DNA of 64,000 nt from a virus (lineage: Duplodnaviria; Caudoviricetes). Shown piece after piece: positions 1 through 9,710 of this stretch. A model generated the notes under the pieces. The model was not told where the DNA came from. It worked only from the letters and a program-made list of their open reading frames with translations, and did not search any database. The position numbers were made by a program, and so were the translations under genes. Numbering within the stretch: the first letter of the stretch is position 1; each line of letters begins with the position of its first letter. Where the stretch lies: IMG/VR virus record IMGVR_UViG_3300013121_000026, positions 96,762-160,761 of that record; one strand, 5' to 3'.

Positions 1-255
1 AATCCCTGGGATGGTGGGGATGGTGGTTCTAGTATGTCTTTTAATGGTCAACCATCAGTTTATGGTGGAGGAGGTGGTGGTTCTGGTAATACTACAATTA
101 CAGGGGGCATTTCTCAATTTGGCGGCAATGGCGGCAATGGTGGCGCATCGCCAGCGGCGGGCTCTACGCCAGGCGGTGGTGGTGGTGGTGGAGCCGCAAA
201 TATTAATGGAAAAGATGGTGGTACAGGAAAATGCATTGTTACTGTTTTTGACTAA
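1..255 (+). CDS. C-terminal part of a glycine-rich tail-fibre-associated protein (begins upstream of window)
   Basis: GGGGGG-rich ORF 34..255 ending GGTGKCIVTVFD, typical of phage glycine-rich domains. Confidence 0.6.
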   Translation, partial: NPWDGGDGGSSMSFNGQPSVYGGGGGGSGNTTITGGISQFGGNGGNGGASPAAGSTPGGGGGGGAANINGKDGGTGKCIVTVFD

Positions 256-263
256 TTCTATTT

Positions 264-271
264 TATAAATA
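264..271 (+). promoter_or_regulatory. T4-type late promoter
   Basis: TATAAATA upstream of the 302 ORF. Confidence 0.7.
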
Positions 272-301
272 CTAATAAAATAGCTAGAGGGAAAGGGAAC
301 T

Positions 302-1150
302 TTGAGCGACTACGATTTTAAAGTAAAAAACGGCCTTCAGGTAAATGGGTCAATTAGTGTTAATAGTACAGCATTATATATTAATAATATACCGATTAGT
401 GCTAATGGAAGCATTGGTCTTAGTGGGCAGGTATTCTATTCAAACGGCACAGTAAATTATTGGGCGGATTTACCATTAGTTACACCACCTGGTAGTAATA
501 CTCAGGTAATGTTTAATGATGCAGGCAATAGTAATGCGGTGGCAGGATTTGCTTTTGATAAAACAACTAATACTGTTTCAATTGGAAGTGCTACTATTAA
601 TAGTACATTCTTTTCTAAGCAAAGCAATACGGCATTAACAGCAAATAATGCATCATATGCATATGGTAAAACCGAAAATGCCCTGAATGTTAATAGTGCA
701 ATTAATGCTAATAATTCCACCTATGCATATGGTAAAAACGAAAATGCCCTAAATGTTAATAGTGCATCAACCGCTAATAATAGTACATATTTAAGCAATT
801 ACCCAATTGCAAATTTAGTTACTACAACAACTACCAAAACGATTGCAATAGGATATACTATAACACCATATAATCATGGTGTTATAGTTGATTTTACTGC
901 TAATGCAGCTCTTGGTAATTATCAATACGGAACATGCAATAGTGCATTTGTCATGACAGCGCCAACCTCGGATTGTGCTATTGATATGTTAATCACGAAT
1001 GGAACAGGAGCGGGGGCTGTTACTCTTACAGGATTTACTATTGGAACATTTGTTGGTGATCCTCTAACTACAACGAATGGTGATAAATTTATTGTTTCTA
1101 TTCGAAGAATCAATTCAGTTTCAACATATTCAATTAAAGCACTTCAATGA
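302..1150 (+). CDS. Tail fibre / virion structural protein
   Basis: N/S/T/G-rich; N-terminal DFKVKNGL, PGSNTQVMFND segment; late promoter. Confidence 0.6.
   Translation: MSDYDFKVKNGLQVNGSISVNSTALYINNIPISANGSIGLSGQVFYSNGTVNYWADLPLVTPPGSNTQVMFNDAGNSNAVAGFAFDKTTNTVSIGSATINSTFFSKQSNTALTANNASYAYGKTENALNVNSAINANNSTYAYGKNENALNVNSASTANNSTYLSNYPIANLVTTTTTKTIAIGYTITPYNHGVIVDFTANAALGNYQYGTCNSAFVMTAPTSDCAIDMLITNGTGAGAVTLTGFTIGTFVGDPLTTTNGDKFIVSIRRINSVSTYSIKALQ
641..790 (+). repeat. 66-bp (22-aa) tandem repeat, about 2.3 copies
   Basis: ANNASYAYGKTENALNVNSAIN / ANNSTYAYGKNENALNVNSAST / ANNSTY. Confidence 0.85.
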
Positions 1151-2325
1151 TTTCTCAATTTACTTTACTTCGAAAATTTAAAAATAATCATGTATTTGAC
1201 CCAATAACTATTCCAGAGTTTGTTGTTGATTCAGAGGAATTCTTTGAAGTGAAGGTTAGATTGAACGATGGTATTTTATATAATACTTTTTTGTTCGATA
1301 ATAAAAAAGATGCTTTGTATTTTTACGGTAATCTAGCAAGAATTGAGCGAGATATAAAATTTAATATAGATCCTTATATTTGGTCTCTTCCTATTGAAAA
1401 CAATATTTCTATTAATGACGATATGCTTCCTTACCTTTCTTATGAATTTGCAGTGACTACGTATTTAACTACAACAGGATCTAATACATACCAAACACCT
1501 TTTAATTGGAATAATTTTGATAACCTAATTTCAGTTATTGGAGGTGGCGGCAGCGGTGGATCGAAAGTTTTTGGTAGTGGTGGAGGTGGTAGTGTTATGG
1601 GTGGTTCAGGCGGCGGGGGTGGAGGGTTTTCTAGCAAATCAAACCTAACAATGTCTGGATCTGTTAATTATACCATAGGCGCTGGAGGAAATTCAGTTTC
1701 TGGAGCAAATGGATATGCTGGTGGGAATACATTTTTTAATGGGGCAAATTTAGCATCTTGTAGTGTTGGCGCAAGCGGGGGTGCTAAAGGCATATATGGA
1801 TCAACTACTATTAATGGTGGTGCAGGGGGTGCATCATCATCTGGAACTGGAAACATTAAATATTCCGGTGGAAGGGGGGGCAATATTTCTGGAGGGTCAT
1901 TAAATTACATTGGTACTGGTGGTGGTGGTGCCGCAGGACCAAGTGGAATTGGTGCAAATGGTGGTGACGTAACTTCAGGTAGTAATAAAACCATAGGAAC
2001 CGTTGGTGGACAAGGAGGTAATAGCGCAGGCGGTGCTGGCGGATCTAATACTGGTGGTCCCGGCTCTTCAGGAACAGAGTGGACGTCTTATGGATCCGGT
2101 GGTGGTGGTGGTGGAAAATATAATGCTGATAGTAGCGGATCTAGTATTGGTGGTGGCGATGGTGGGCATTATGGTGCTGGAGGTGGCGGAATTTATTTCA
2201 ACCAAGATACAGGAAATCCTAATGGATCTAATACTTATTCTGGCGCAGGTGCAAATGGCATAATTCGAATAATGTACACACCACTTTTTGATGGTGGATT
2301 TAATATTCCAATGTTAGGAATGTAG
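1147..2325 (+). CDS. Glycine-rich tail-fibre-associated protein
   Basis: VIGGGGSGG...GGGGGG...GAGANGIIRIMY architecture. Confidence 0.65.
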   Translation: MISQFTLLRKFKNNHVFDPITIPEFVVDSEEFFEVKVRLNDGILYNTFLFDNKKDALYFYGNLARIERDIKFNIDPYIWSLPIENNISINDDMLPYLSYEFAVTTYLTTTGSNTYQTPFNWNNFDNLISVIGGGGSGGSKVFGSGGGGSVMGGSGGGGGGFSSKSNLTMSGSVNYTIGAGGNSVSGANGYAGGNTFFNGANLASCSVGASGGAKGIYGSTTINGGAGGASSSGTGNIKYSGGRGGNISGGSLNYIGTGGGGAAGPSGIGANGGDVTSGSNKTIGTVGGQGGNSAGGAGGSNTGGPGSSGTEWTSYGSGGGGGGKYNADSSGSSIGGGDGGHYGAGGGGIYFNQDTGNPNGSNTYSGAGANGIIRIMYTPLFDGGFNIPMLGM

Positions 2326-2333
2326 GAGAGAAA

Positions 2334-2948
2334 ATGACACAATACGTTTTAATTAATACACACAATAATAGTATTATGAATTCTTGGGATGGTTCTATAC
2401 CGAATTTTATTGTTGTCCAAAATTCAGTAGTATATTGTCCATTATTAGAAACTGATTACTCTGGATATATGCTGTTTGAAAGAAAAAGAAATGCAGTAAT
2501 AGATGCTGGAGTAGTCCATTCAGTTGAATATTTATCAGAATACGAACTGAATAGAAAAAATGTATTTGTTCCTGAATTAGCTAGCATGACTTTTGTGAAA
2601 ACAAACAAAGGCATGATAGGAGATTCGTATGCTGATGGAGTATTCACTACTCCTACACCAGTGCCACAGTCTGTTACTAGGCAACAAATGATGGCGGTGT
2701 TAATGATAACAGGGCTTATTACAGAAGCAGAATGGCTTTCCTGTTATCAAACAGGAACACTTCCAGAAATTGTGTCTAATGCTATTAATACTTTACCTTC
2801 CGATGCAGCAAAATTGGTAGCTAAAGTTAAATGGGTTGAATTTTCTGAAGCTAAACGTTGGGATTCAGTGGTGTTACTGTTAGCAGCTCATGCTAATCTT
2901 TCTGAGGAGCAAGTAGATGACATTTTCATTCAAGCAGCACAATTATAA
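2334..2948 (+). CDS. Tail-fibre assembly/chaperone-like protein
   Basis: C-terminal VPQSVTRQQ...LSEEQVDDIFIQAAQL; follows fibre genes. Confidence 0.5.
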   Translation: MTQYVLINTHNNSIMNSWDGSIPNFIVVQNSVVYCPLLETDYSGYMLFERKRNAVIDAGVVHSVEYLSEYELNRKNVFVPELASMTFVKTNKGMIGDSYADGVFTTPTPVPQSVTRQQMMAVLMITGLITEAEWLSCYQTGTLPEIVSNAINTLPSDAAKLVAKVKWVEFSEAKRWDSVVLLLAAHANLSEEQVDDIFIQAAQL

Positions 2949-2959
2949 TTTAATTTTTT

Positions 2960-3430
2960 ATGAAAGTAAATAATATGCGAAAGGCTATTATTAAAGATAA
3001 CACTGTGATTAATGTTATTGAAATAGATGACGGAGCAAACTGGATGCCGCCTGAAGGAACTATTTTAGTTAATGCTGTATCTTGTCAAGCGGGTGATTTG
3101 TGGGATGGAAATAATTTCTCGACTCCTGTAGTCTTAGATCAATCAATACCAAATATGATATCTGATCGACAATTTTTTCAAGGGTTAGCGATGCAAGGAT
3201 TAATAACTCAAGAAGAAGCATTAGGTGCAGTTAAAACAGGAACGCTTCCTGGCCAATTAGAACTTTTTATTAATCAACTACCAGAAAATGATCAATTTCA
3301 AGCCAAAATGATTTTGTCCGGAGCAACTCAGTTTTTTAGAAATAACTATTTAACAGAAGCATTTGGTGTGATGGCAGGTATGTCTACGGAGCAATTAGAT
3401 AATTTTTGGGTATTTTGCTCACAATTATAA
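2960..3430 (+). CDS. Tail-fibre assembly-like protein, related to the previous ORF
   Basis: ISDRQFFQGL...STEQLDNFWVFCSQL resembles the C-terminus of 2334..2948. Confidence 0.5.
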   Translation: MKVNNMRKAIIKDNTVINVIEIDDGANWMPPEGTILVNAVSCQAGDLWDGNNFSTPVVLDQSIPNMISDRQFFQGLAMQGLITQEEALGAVKTGTLPGQLELFINQLPENDQFQAKMILSGATQFFRNNYLTEAFGVMAGMSTEQLDNFWVFCSQL

Positions 3431-3439
3431 GGAAATTAA

Positions 3440-4309
3440 ATGGCAACAAACAAAATAAATCTAGTCCAAGGGGACAATTTACCATTCATAGAATTATCAC
3501 TTAAAAATAGTGATAACTCGCCTTTGGACGTATCCAATGCAACAGTAAATGTTCTTTTTAAGTCCAAAGGAAGTACCTCTATTTTGAGTACAATTCTATG
3601 CACAAATGTAACTGATGGTTCAGATGGCAGAGTAGTTTTTAACTTTCCGGGAACAACATTGGATGTAGCCCAAGGCTATTATGAAGGCGAAGTAAAGATT
3701 GACTTTGGTTGGAACAGTAATTAGTTCACTGAATGTATCATCAAGTGCTACAACAATTGCAGCGACTCAAAATTCAATCCGTGAAACCCTAAGTCTAATA
3801 GCATTAAAAACTGGTGTGTTATCTACATTAAACAGTCAAAATGAACAAGTGACATTTATGGAGAGTCTCGGCTATCAGTTTGTTCAGGACAATTCCGTTC
3901 TTGATAATATTGAATTAAGCATTGATCAACTATTAGAAATATCAATTGTTGCTGACGATTCTCTTATCCTAGAAGATCTCAAAGAGGATTTACTAGAGTT
4001 CATTCCCAGAGTAGAAGAAACTATCACAATTGATGAGCAAACTTTAAACGTGGCTCTGATGCCTTCAGAAGTTGCTGATTTTTTTTAGATGTTATAGTAT
4101 CAAGACAAACAAAGTTCCTGGCTTATTTTAATAACATCAACAAAATGATGTTCATTACTCCTTCATTTGCTAAGATGTCCGATAGCACGGTAAGGTTATC
4201 TATCACTCACAATAGCAAGAATTTATTAGTATCGGGAGAGCCGACTATGATAGTCAAAAGCAATCAAATATATGTTAGTTCATTAACGGTTACGTATCCA
4301 AATGTCTAG
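3440..4309 (+). pseudogene. BppU-like virion protein gene spread over three reading segments (3440..3724, 3699..4088, 4085..4309)
   Basis: LVQGDNLP...YEGEVKIDFG N-terminus; frame changes at about 3708 and at the T8 run 4079-4086. Confidence 0.4.
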
Positions 4310-4709
4310 ATTTACTGGAAAATTAATAATTGAAGAAATTAAACCCGGTATTCTTTGGAAGTTAAAAGAACCAATTGTTTTTGAGATAGAGCAATTAGGG
4401 TCGGGCAAAATTGTAGAAGTTCCAGTAGGTTTTATCACAGACGGAACCTCTATACCTAAATTTCTTAGAGTATTCCTAGCAGTATGGGGAACCTACGGGA
4501 GAGCTGCAACAGTACATGATTATCTTTATTCTACTTTGAGAGGTCCTGAAATGCATAAATACATACAAACAAGAAAACAAGCCGATGATGCATTTTTTGA
4601 TGGAATGACCGCGCTGGGCACAGGAAAGATTTTGAAATATTTAATATATTGGTCAGTGAGAATGTTTGGATGGTATGCTTTAAATTACACAGAAACAAAA
4701 CACGAGTAG
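4302..4709 (+). CDS. DUF1353-like protein
   Basis: VPVGFITDGTSIP and AATVHDYLY...RKQAD motifs. Confidence 0.8.
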   Translation: MSRFTGKLIIEEIKPGILWKLKEPIVFEIEQLGSGKIVEVPVGFITDGTSIPKFLRVFLAVWGTYGRAATVHDYLYSTLRGPEMHKYIQTRKQADDAFFDGMTALGTGKILKYLIYWSVRMFGWYALNYTETKHE

Positions 4710-4739
4710 AAAAATGAGAATATCACAAGAGGCATTAAA

Positions 4740-5000
4740 ATGAAAACATTAAAACAGTTTCTAAACGAAATTAAACTTCCAAACGGTGAGCACGTTCATT
4801 TAAACCCCGACAATAGTGTTCATTATAAAAATATTCATATTGGAAATATTTTTGAAAAAAGAGTTTCTAACCCACTTCAGAAAAGCAATGGTTATGTTGC
4901 ACATTCAAAATATTGGAATTTAAAACAAGAACATAAAAGCAAAAAAGCAGCAGCAGAGTGGTTGGCTAGTGTGCATGACACAGTGGAAAATAAAAAATGA
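4740..5000 (+). CDS. Putative internal head protein with capsid-targeting sequence
   Basis: N-terminus MKTLKQFLNE; basic and His-rich. Confidence 0.55.
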   Translation: MKTLKQFLNEIKLPNGEHVHLNPDNSVHYKNIHIGNIFEKRVSNPLQKSNGYVAHSKYWNLKQEHKSKKAAAEWLASVHDTVENKK

Positions 5001-5602
5001 AAATATCACAAGAAGCGTTTGATCTAATAGTTGCAGAAGAAGTTAGTTCCAAAGCAACATATATTAAAAAGTATCAGACTCCAGAATGGCCCGGAGCAAG
5101 TTCTGGTGTGACTATCGCTATTGGGTATGATCTAGGTCAGGCAAATAAAGCAAAAATTGAAGCTGACTGGAAGGGATTAGTGTCTGACGAAATGCTTGAA
5201 GTAATGAAATCTTGTGCGGGTGTAACAGGTGTTTCCGCTAAGAGCCTAACAGCAAAGGTCAAAAAGCAAATTACTATTCCTTGGGAAAAAGCAATTGAGG
5301 TGTTTGAAAACAAGGACATTCCGCAATGGGAAAATACAGTCATTAAAGCATTACCCAATACGGAATTATTATCACCAGATCAGTTTGGCGCTTTAGTCTC
5401 TTTAGCGTATAATAGAGGAGCTTCATTTAATAATGTTGGTGGTAGATATCAGGAAATGAGGCAAATTAAAGAAGCTATGAAAGCCAAAGAGTTTAACAAA
5501 ATACCGGGATATTTTAGAGCAATGAAACGGCTATGGCCAAATTTAGTTGGTCTAAGAAATCGTCGGGAACACGAGGCTAAATTATTTGAGAAAGGACTAT
5601 AA
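4997..5602 (+). CDS. Endolysin (lysozyme-like muramidase)
   Basis: SGVTIAIGYDLG, ALVSLAYNRG and GLRNRREHEAKLF motifs. Confidence 0.85.
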   Translation: MKISQEAFDLIVAEEVSSKATYIKKYQTPEWPGASSGVTIAIGYDLGQANKAKIEADWKGLVSDEMLEVMKSCAGVTGVSAKSLTAKVKKQITIPWEKAIEVFENKDIPQWENTVIKALPNTELLSPDQFGALVSLAYNRGASFNNVGGRYQEMRQIKEAMKAKEFNKIPGYFRAMKRLWPNLVGLRNRREHEAKLFEKGL

Positions 5603-5710
5603 ATGGAAATTGCATCAATTTTATCAGTTATTGGAATAGGGCTAGGCATTCTTGTTGTAGTAGGATTTGTTTTCTACCTATCAATGCTAGCTAAAGGTTT
5701 TAGACACTAA
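5603..5710 (+). CDS. 35-aa single-TM protein (holin candidate)
   Basis: MEIASILSVIGIGLGILVVVGFVFYLSMLAKGFRH directly after the endolysin. Confidence 0.45.
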   Translation: MEIASILSVIGIGLGILVVVGFVFYLSMLAKGFRH

Positions 5711-5725
5711 AAAGGAGAAAATAAA

Positions 5726-5881
5726 ATGTGGGAGATGATTTTAATTGCATTGGGAATCGTTGTTATTGCTGGATTTTGGTTTGCTTATCACAAGCCAGAA
5801 TTATTCAAGAAGACGGTTGATCAAGGAACCGAAGCTGCTAAGAAAGCAGCGGAAGAACTTAAGAATAAAGTTTCAAAATAA
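5726..5881 (+). CDS. 51-aa membrane-anchored protein
   Basis: AAGGAG RBS; MWEMILIALGIVVIAGFWFAY followed by a charged tail. Confidence 0.55.
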   Translation: MWEMILIALGIVVIAGFWFAYHKPELFKKTVDQGTEAAKKAAEELKNKVSK

Positions 5882-6240
5882 TGAAGAATTTTAAACAATT
5901 TTTAAATGAAGGTAGAGAGTGGCGTCCTTCAGAGACACTTAAATGGGATTCTAAACATCCAGTTGGGTCTAAAGAACATCTAGACGATTTAGCTAATAGA
6001 TATGCCCATCATGAGACCAAAGAGCACGAATATTATTTAAATCGCGGAGACAAAAGATCGGACACTCTTAATAAAAAACACTTTGCTGCAATGAAGCATG
6101 TAAATCGTCTTTGGAAAAAACATTATGGTCATTTAAAAGATGATTCTGGAGAACGAGCATCTAATATTGGTGATTATGATACAAGTGATTCGGATTTTAG
6201 TGATTACTGGTCAAAACAGTATCAAAAAAACAAAAAATAA
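5881..6240 (+). CDS. Putative internal head protein with capsid-targeting sequence
   Basis: N-terminus MKNFKQFLNE. Confidence 0.55.
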   Translation: MKNFKQFLNEGREWRPSETLKWDSKHPVGSKEHLDDLANRYAHHETKEHEYYLNRGDKRSDTLNKKHFAAMKHVNRLWKKHYGHLKDDSGERASNIGDYDTSDSDFSDYWSKQYQKNKK

Positions 6241-6259
6241 GAAACTAACATCAAACTTC

Positions 6260-6289
6260 ATGAGGGGCGCAAAATGCCCCTCATTTTTT
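6260..6289 (+). terminator. Rho-independent terminator
   Basis: ATGAGGGGC-gcaaaat-GCCCCTCAT followed by T run. Confidence 0.85.
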
Positions 6290-6294
6290 AATAC

Positions 6295-6323
6295 TTGACT
6301 TACCACTAAATAATTGATATAAT
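6295..6323 (+). promoter_or_regulatory. Sigma70-type promoter
   Basis: TTGACT-17 bp-TATAAT. Confidence 0.75.
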
Positions 6324-6355
6324 TACCTAATTTACAACATTAATTAAGGAATATA

Positions 6356-7120
6356 ATGACTTCGAAAGTGCTTCTCATTGATATCGAAACTGCTCCAGCG
6401 TTAGGTTATGTTTGGGGGAAATGGCAACAAGACGTAATTCAGTTTGAAAGACCATGGTTTATTTTGTGCTATGCTTATAAATGGCTGGATGAAAAAACAA
6501 TTAAATCTGTAGCATTACCTGATTTTCCTGGCTACAAAAAGAACCGTCATGATGATAAAAAATTAGTTGAGAGTCTCCACAAATTATTAGAACAAGCTGA
6601 CGTTGTTATAGCTCACAATGGTGATGCTTTTGATATTAAGAAAATTAATTCCAGACTGCTAGTTCATAAATTACCACCGCCTAAACCATTCGCTACTGTA
6701 GATACTTTAAAGATTCTGCGTAGGCGATTTGGGTTTTTGAGTAATCGCCTAAATGATATAGGTATTGATTTGGGTGTGGGAAAAAAGGCTCCAATTTCAG
6801 GATTTAATACGTGGAAGGGCGCAATGGACGGAGATTTAGTCTCATGGCGAACTATGCGAGATTATAATAAGCAGGATATTGTTTTGCTGGAAAGAGTATA
6901 CAAGGAAATAAGACCTTGGGCATTGCCATCGCAGCACATCAATCTTAATTTATTATCAGGACATGACAATTGTCCGGCATGCCAAAGCACAAAACTGCAA
7001 GCAAGAGGAACATATACAACTATCAGTGCCAAGCATCAAAGATTTCAGTGTACTGATTGTGGTAAGTGGTCATCTCAAAAAATTAGTAAAAACAAGACTA
7101 CATCTGTTAAGGCTCTATGA
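6356..7120 (+). CDS. DnaQ/RNase H-like 3'-5' exonuclease with C-terminal Zn ribbon
   Basis: DIET, AHNGDAFD, YNKQD motifs; CPAC...CTDC. Confidence 0.85.
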   Translation: MTSKVLLIDIETAPALGYVWGKWQQDVIQFERPWFILCYAYKWLDEKTIKSVALPDFPGYKKNRHDDKKLVESLHKLLEQADVVIAHNGDAFDIKKINSRLLVHKLPPPKPFATVDTLKILRRRFGFLSNRLNDIGIDLGVGKKAPISGFNTWKGAMDGDLVSWRTMRDYNKQDIVLLERVYKEIRPWALPSQHINLNLLSGHDNCPACQSTKLQARGTYTTISAKHQRFQCTDCGKWSSQKISKNKTTSVKAL

Positions 7121-7254
7121 GAAAAAGACTAAAACTAAAAAAGAGATCCTGCGCATTGTGCAAACCATATAAAATGCACGGAGCTAATCGCTGGAAAGCG
7201 AAGGATCTCGATAAATTAGTTCGAGCAGAAAAAGAAATCAGGAATTTTAAGTAG
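7117..7254 (+). CDS. 45-aa basic protein
   Basis: ATGA-coupled; MRKRLKLKKRSCALCKPYKMHG. Confidence 0.5.
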   Translation: MRKRLKLKKRSCALCKPYKMHGANRWKAKDLDKLVRAEKEIRNFK

Positions 7255-7259
7255 GAATT

Positions 7260-7295
7260 CTCTATAAATAGTAAGAAGAAGTACTATTTATAGAG
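7260..7295 (+). promoter_or_regulatory. Late promoter inside an inverted repeat that covers the gene 13 RBS
   Basis: CTCTATAAATAGTA-agaagaag-TACTATTTATAGAG; TATAAATA at 7263-7270. Confidence 0.75.
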
Positions 7296-7302
7296 GTTTT
7301 TA

Positions 7303-8046
7303 GTGTCTGTACCAGCCAATCGCGAAGAATTTAAAGCATACTGCCTAAGAGAATTAGGTGATGGTGTTCTTAAAATTAATATTAGCGAAGAACAAGTTGA
7401 TGATAGAGTAGACGAAGCACTAAAGTGGTTTCAAGATTACCATTTTGAAGGTGCTGAAAAATGCTACTACAAATATCAGTTAACAGAAACTGATATTACC
7501 AACAAATACATCTCCCTACCATCCAATATCATTGGTGCTGTTAATATCTTTGACGGCTATGGGTTAACCTATGGCTATGGTGATATGTTTAATATTCAAT
7601 ATCAAATAGCACTAAATGATTTGTATACTTTAACAAGTGTCTCAATGGTACCTTATTTTATGACGCTTCAACATCTGCAATTTGTTGAGGAGTTGTTAGT
7701 TGGCAAGAAACCAATAAGATTTAATCGTCATCAGCAAAGATTGTACATTGATGGATCCTGGGCAAGTTTTTCTTCGGGGCACTATGTTGTCGTTGAAGCA
7801 TATCAAGTAGTGGATCCAGATACATTTACATCAGTCTGGGGAGATCGTTGGTTGCTAAGATATGCAACTGCTTTAATTAAAAAGAATTGGGGGAGCAATC
7901 TAAAGAAGTTTCAGAATATGCAGATGCCTGGTGGTATTTCGTTCAACGGTCAGCAAATCTACAATGAGGCAGTTGAAGAAATTAATGATATTGAGCATGA
8001 GATGATCCATGGATACGGGCTCCCTGTGGCCGATATGATCGGTTGA
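7303..8046 (+). CDS. 13: Neck protein gp13
   Basis: REEFKAYCLRELG...QVDDRVDEAL...PGGISFNGQQIY; synteny. Confidence 0.92.
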   Translation: MSVPANREEFKAYCLRELGDGVLKINISEEQVDDRVDEALKWFQDYHFEGAEKCYYKYQLTETDITNKYISLPSNIIGAVNIFDGYGLTYGYGDMFNIQYQIALNDLYTLTSVSMVPYFMTLQHLQFVEELLVGKKPIRFNRHQQRLYIDGSWASFSSGHYVVVEAYQVVDPDTFTSVWGDRWLLRYATALIKKNWGSNLKKFQNMQMPGGISFNGQQIYNEAVEEINDIEHEMIHGYGLPVADMIG

Positions 8047-8056
8047 AATATACACT

Positions 8057-8800
8057 ATGACCGAAGGTTTAACATCAACATATTTTCCTAATTATGTAAC
8101 AGATACCGAGCAGGGATTACTCGAGGATCTTATTGTTGAGAGTGTTGGTATCTACGGGATCAATTGTTACTACATTGCTAGAGACATGGGCAATTATGAT
8201 AAGATTTATGGAACTGATGATAGCTCCTCATATTCTCAAAACTGGATGATTGCAATCTATCTCAAAAATGTAATGGGATATATTGGTGATCGTGAGTTCA
8301 TGAGTAAATTTGCTGGATTGGAAATTAGAGATCAATTAACATTTTCAGTTCCCCGCAGAACATTTAAGAGTCTAATTGGAGACGAGAGTGGGTTTAGTAG
8401 ACCGCGAGAAGGAGATCTAATTTGGTTTCCGTTTCATAAGAAATGTTTTCAGATTAAATTTGTTAATAATTTTGAGATGTTTTATCAAATTGGCAGCCTT
8501 AATACGTGGGAAATCACTGCGGAATTATTTGAATACTCAGGCGAGACATTTGACACTGGAATTGATGAAATCGATGCATTACAAAAAGTGTCAAGCAATA
8601 ACCTACTTGATTGGTCATTTATGGATGAAAATAGCAATCCATTACTTGATGAGAATGGGGATTATCTAATGGTAGACGCTTATGATATAGAGTCAATTGA
8701 GCCATTAGATGACACGATGGCGTTAAGCAACAATGCTCTAAACATACTCGATTTCAGTGATAATGATCCCTTTGTTAATTCTTTTTCCCATAAAATTTAG
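8057..8800 (+). CDS. 14: Neck protein gp14
   Basis: EQGLLEDLIVES, RPREGDLIWFP, ELFEYSGE, DFSDNDPF. Confidence 0.92.
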   Translation: MTEGLTSTYFPNYVTDTEQGLLEDLIVESVGIYGINCYYIARDMGNYDKIYGTDDSSSYSQNWMIAIYLKNVMGYIGDREFMSKFAGLEIRDQLTFSVPRRTFKSLIGDESGFSRPREGDLIWFPFHKKCFQIKFVNNFEMFYQIGSLNTWEITAELFEYSGETFDTGIDEIDALQKVSSNNLLDWSFMDENSNPLLDENGDYLMVDAYDIESIEPLDDTMALSNNALNILDFSDNDPFVNSFSHKI

Positions 8801-8801
8801 A

Positions 8802-9641
8802 CTATTTGTTTGTTCTGGCTTTTAATATTTTTTGTCTAATTTCCTCGTTTAACCACATTTTTAGAGAACTCTTTGAGATTTTGTTTTTTGTTTCGTTAGA
8901 AACTGGTAACCTTCCTTTAATAAATCCATCTGGGCATTCAAAACACCACTTTTCGTTTGTACCATTATTCCACCAGTGTTTTCCTTTACGATTTTTTGAC
9001 GCTGATTTGCTCCATGCTTCGGAATGCAATTTTCCTTTTTTGGCTAAAGATAATTTTTGCTTGTGTTCTTCCGTTAATTTTTTTCCTTTATTTAATTCAC
9101 TCATTTTTCTTTTTGTTTCTTCAGTGTGTTTAAAATTATTTTTCATCCACTCACTGTGTTTTTGAGCACTTTCCTTAGAAAATTTTCTTCCTTTATTAGG
9201 GCCAACAAAACCAGGTTTTAAAGAACAATGATTATCTCTAATTTTTTGTTTGTGTTCTTCTGTTAATTTTTTCTTTTTCCCTGATTCACTCATTTTTCTC
9301 CTGGTTTCCTCGGAGGTATTATTAAATTGTTTTCCATTATTTGCTCTATTTAACCATTTTTCGTTTTTTACTGCATCTAATTTTGTTAAAACTTTTTCTT
9401 CACATTTCATAGTCTGTTCTTTGGTTTTAAATATCATTCTAACTTCTATAACATCAGGTTCTCCGTGTTGTTTACGGAATTGATGAACAATCTTAGAAGA
9501 CGTAAAATAAGTTATCCATAAATCAGAAGGATTAGCTAAGTTGTTAGAGTTTGTGTGAGCATATCTACAACCACAATACCAACGATCTAAATTAGACCAT
9601 CCAATTAAATAAGTATAAGGTTGATAAATAGTATTTGACAT
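8802..9641 (-). CDS. Free-standing GIY-YIG-type homing endonuclease with NUMOD3-like repeats
   Basis: YTYLIGW...WYCG...YFTSS N-domain; HTEETKRKMSE repeats; ATG 9641 has an AGGAG RBS. Confidence 0.8.
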   Translation of the reverse strand: MSNTIYQPYTYLIGWSNLDRWYCGCRYAHTNSNNLANPSDLWITYFTSSKIVHQFRKQHGEPDVIEVRMIFKTKEQTMKCEEKVLTKLDAVKNEKWLNRANNGKQFNNTSEETRRKMSESGKKKKLTEEHKQKIRDNHCSLKPGFVGPNKGRKFSKESAQKHSEWMKNNFKHTEETKRKMSELNKGKKLTEEHKQKLSLAKKGKLHSEAWSKSASKNRKGKHWWNNGTNEKWCFECPDGFIKGRLPVSNETKNKISKSSLKMWLNEEIRQKILKARTNK

Positions 9642-9710
9642 TTGCTGTATCTCCTTTTTAAACACCAGATATAGAGTCTGTGGCATTTGTCGATGCGCGA
9701 CAGACACTAT

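Noticed and set aside
641-790. CRISPR array or DGR repeat
   Set aside because: In-frame coding tandem repeat without spacers; no reverse transcriptase or cas gene in the window.
9642-9707. 22-aa N-terminal extension of the 8802 nuclease given in the ORF track
   Set aside because: The paralog starts at MSNTIY, and the AGGAG RBS precedes ATG 9641; the region is better read as leader RNA.
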